Below are positions 61,908-64,000 of a DNA stretch of 64,000 nt, in pieces. Source of the stretch: Leptolyngbyaceae cyanobacterium (GTDB lineage: Bacteria > Cyanobacteriota > Cyanobacteriia > Phormidesmidales > Phormidesmidaceae); assembly GCA_965263355.1 (NCBI GenBank), contig CBDHHL010000032.1:3296001-3360000 (forward strand). The letters run 5' to 3'. A model generated the notes under the pieces. The model was not told the DNA's origin and did not search any database. It was given only the letters and a program-made list of their open reading frames with translations. Position numbers and translations under genes: made by a program. Position 1 is the stretch's first letter; each line of letters starts with the position of its first letter.

Positions 61908-63728
61908 TTAATCAGGCGTCGTAGTCGAATCCGTGGGATTCTCAGAGGTAGCAGGACGTAAATTTTGCCACAGCAGCACCCCAGCCACCCCAGCCACACT
62001 GACTGCAATTAACAGCAAAATACTTAAGACTAAGGCCTGTAGAGAGCGCTTAGGTTTTGCCTTAGTAGTAGGAGCAGGAGTTTCAATTTCAGGTATTTCC
62101 TCACTCTCACCATAGAGTAAAGCCTTAGAGGCCTCGGTCAGTTCGGTAGGGTAACCCATGCCTGGCTGAGTCATCAACGAGGGCGGCGGCACATTCTCCT
62201 CAACGATCACCGTATCGCCAGTTAATTTACAGCTCATGAGTACAACAGCAATGTTGTCATGACCATTCTTTTGATTGGCTAGTTCCACCCATGACTCAAC
62301 GGCAGTAGGCAACGGCACAATATTTTTCACAATCAGACCAATATAATTAGCCCAAGAGGTTTCCACCCGATGGTGATCGCTCAAACCATCAGAGCAGAGT
62401 AGCAAAACACCGGTTTCATCTAAGATAAAGCGCTCAATATGGGGCGTAATGCTATCAGCTTCGCACGTTCCCAGGGCCTGGGTCAGCGCGCCGGCATCGT
62501 CACGGGCATAGGCAACCGAGGGATAGCTTTTACCAGTCGTGATTTCTCGGCCAGCCACATCATCATCTACCGTCAGCAAATGACAGGCTTCAGGAGTAAT
62601 CCAGTAGGCACGACTATCACCCACATGGGCAATGTAAAGCTCGTTGACTTCCTCATAGCCATTGGGTGTGGGAATGCGCTGGGGAATCATCACTGCCGCC
62701 ACCAGCGTCGTCCCCATACGCTGACGCTCAGTACGGCCTTGACTATCATTTTGGCTAGCGACCAGGTTATTGGCCACACGAATGGCAGCTTCAATCTGCC
62801 CCATGACTATATAGGGCACTAAGGGCTCTTCTTGCTCGGCCAGCTCGGCTAACAGACCGCGAAACTGAAGTTGAAGCGATCGCACCACCGTCTGACTGGC
62901 AATTTCCCCACCCGCATGGCCACCAACACCATCACAGACAATGGCAATCCGAGGCAAACTAGGCAAATCAGCGGTGCTAGAACGGGCTAACTCAACTTTA
63001 CTGGGGTAACAGGCATCTTCATTATGAGGCAGCTGGCCACTACTGGTACTACCAGCCACTTCAGTCGTGATCGAAAGCTGCATCGCATGCCCCAATAACA
63101 CCCGATTCAGGTGCTCAAGGATACGGTCAAAATCGGGATGGACATCCCTACATTGCTCTAAAACTGGTTGGAGATTATTGGCCACTGATGGCAATGACTT
63201 AGGGAGTAACGTAGCAATGACATTCGCTAACCCTTGCAACGAGGGTTGACCGGGGATCAAATTACTCAAGCGCACTCGCCAACCATCCACATGAATCGCT
63301 TCGGGCGCTGTTAGACTCGCAGCCACATTCATACCAAATAAATGGGGCCACAAATTAAATAACTGCCAGCACCAGTAAACTTGCCGGAATGGTGTCGCCC
63401 CAGCCCAGGCTGTTCCCAGTGTAGGCAGCAGTCTGCCATGGCGATCAATGGGGGCATTATCGAGCAGCAACACCGGGCCACTAGGTACCTGACACTCTCC
63501 ATAAACTGTCGGTACATGCAGCTGATGGGGATATGCTCGCAGATAGGGTAGGGCTAACACTGATACTGTGTCCGGGTGCTCTGGGGGCTCTGGAGCTTGG
63601 GTATCGTGCCAGACACCGGGACTCAGTACCCAGTAGCGTTCATTAATGCTCTGGCCAGGTGGCACATCGCGTCCAGGCCCCAGGGCTAGAACGTATTTTT
63701 TAAAGGGGTAGACATCCACTTGAGTCAT
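61908..63728 (-). CDS. PP2C-family Ser/Thr protein phosphatase with C-terminal TM helix
   Basis: NEDA, IVCDGVGGHAGGEIAS, MGTT, AHVGDSRAY, LCSDGL, GHDNIAV; start taken at ATG 63728. Confidence 0.9.
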   Translation of the reverse strand: MTQVDVYPFKKYVLALGPGRDVPPGQSINERYWVLSPGVWHDTQAPEPPEHPDTVSVLALPYLRAYPHQLHVPTVYGECQVPSGPVLLLDNAPIDRHGRLLPTLGTAWAGATPFRQVYWCWQLFNLWPHLFGMNVAASLTAPEAIHVDGWRVRLSNLIPGQPSLQGLANVIATLLPKSLPSVANNLQPVLEQCRDVHPDFDRILEHLNRVLLGHAMQLSITTEVAGSTSSGQLPHNEDACYPSKVELARSSTADLPSLPRIAIVCDGVGGHAGGEIASQTVVRSLQLQFRGLLAELAEQEEPLVPYIVMGQIEAAIRVANNLVASQNDSQGRTERQRMGTTLVAAVMIPQRIPTPNGYEEVNELYIAHVGDSRAYWITPEACHLLTVDDDVAGREITTGKSYPSVAYARDDAGALTQALGTCEADSITPHIERFILDETGVLLLCSDGLSDHHRVETSWANYIGLIVKNIVPLPTAVESWVELANQKNGHDNIAVVLMSCKLTGDTVIVEENVPPPSLMTQPGMGYPTELTEASKALLYGESEEIPEIETPAPTTKAKPKRSLQALVLSILLLIAVSVAGVAGVLLWQNLRPATSENPTDSTTTPD

Positions 63729-63862
63729 GTCAGCCAGCGGGTTTGAGGGGGTTAAAACTGCATAGAGAAAAAATATTAGGTTAATGGTAGTCGCAAAGTG
63801 TTCAAATGAGGAGTTCTTTAATATCTCTGCCAATCTGGATGCAGCTGGATTACCCTTGATAT

Positions 63863-63935
63863 AAAATCTTGTCCATGTCCAGGAAGGTCGTTTTTCCTGA
63901 TAAAAACCTACAAGTTTCAACTTGGATGTGGCTTA
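63863..63935 (+). repeat. ~73-bp dispersed hairpin repeat, copy 7
   Basis: aaaatcttgtccatgtccaggaaggtcgtttttcctgataaaaacctacaagtttcaacttggatgtggctta. Confidence 0.8.
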
Positions 63936-64000
63936 GCTAGAACGTTACATGCCTATGAATTTGGCAATTTTTTGGATTTTGGTGGGTGTTGCACTCTGTG

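Overview
Chromosomal window of a filamentous cyanobacterium, probably Leptolyngbya-like (frequent HIP1 GCGATCGC, ccmP, psb34, ftrV). Core genes: dnaG, ruvB, cdsA, pyrG, aspS, purA, rplY, an amidase, an adenosine deaminase and a PP2C phosphatase. Accessory blocks: (i) a 4.1-16.7 kb surface-glycan cluster with a split GT4, a GlpD-like oxidase, a YdjM hydrolase, a PHP-methyltransferase fusion, an epimerase, an acyltransferase, a sulfotransferase, a flippase, GT2 and GT39; (ii) three tandem RTX Ca-binding paralogs with variable N-termini; (iii) a PerR/peroxiredoxin/TrxB-like module; (iv) four tandem RTX-'bluetail' paralogs, one pseudogenised; (v) an internally deleted DUF6399-type IS followed by an island of short genes. 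The island carries what looks like a decayed integron: a LexA box, a possible intI 5' remnant, a GTTAGAC core site and two attC-like sites. The window also holds seven copies of an unannotated ~73-bp hairpin-forming dispersed repeat. Family assignments come from motif recognition only; no database search was run.
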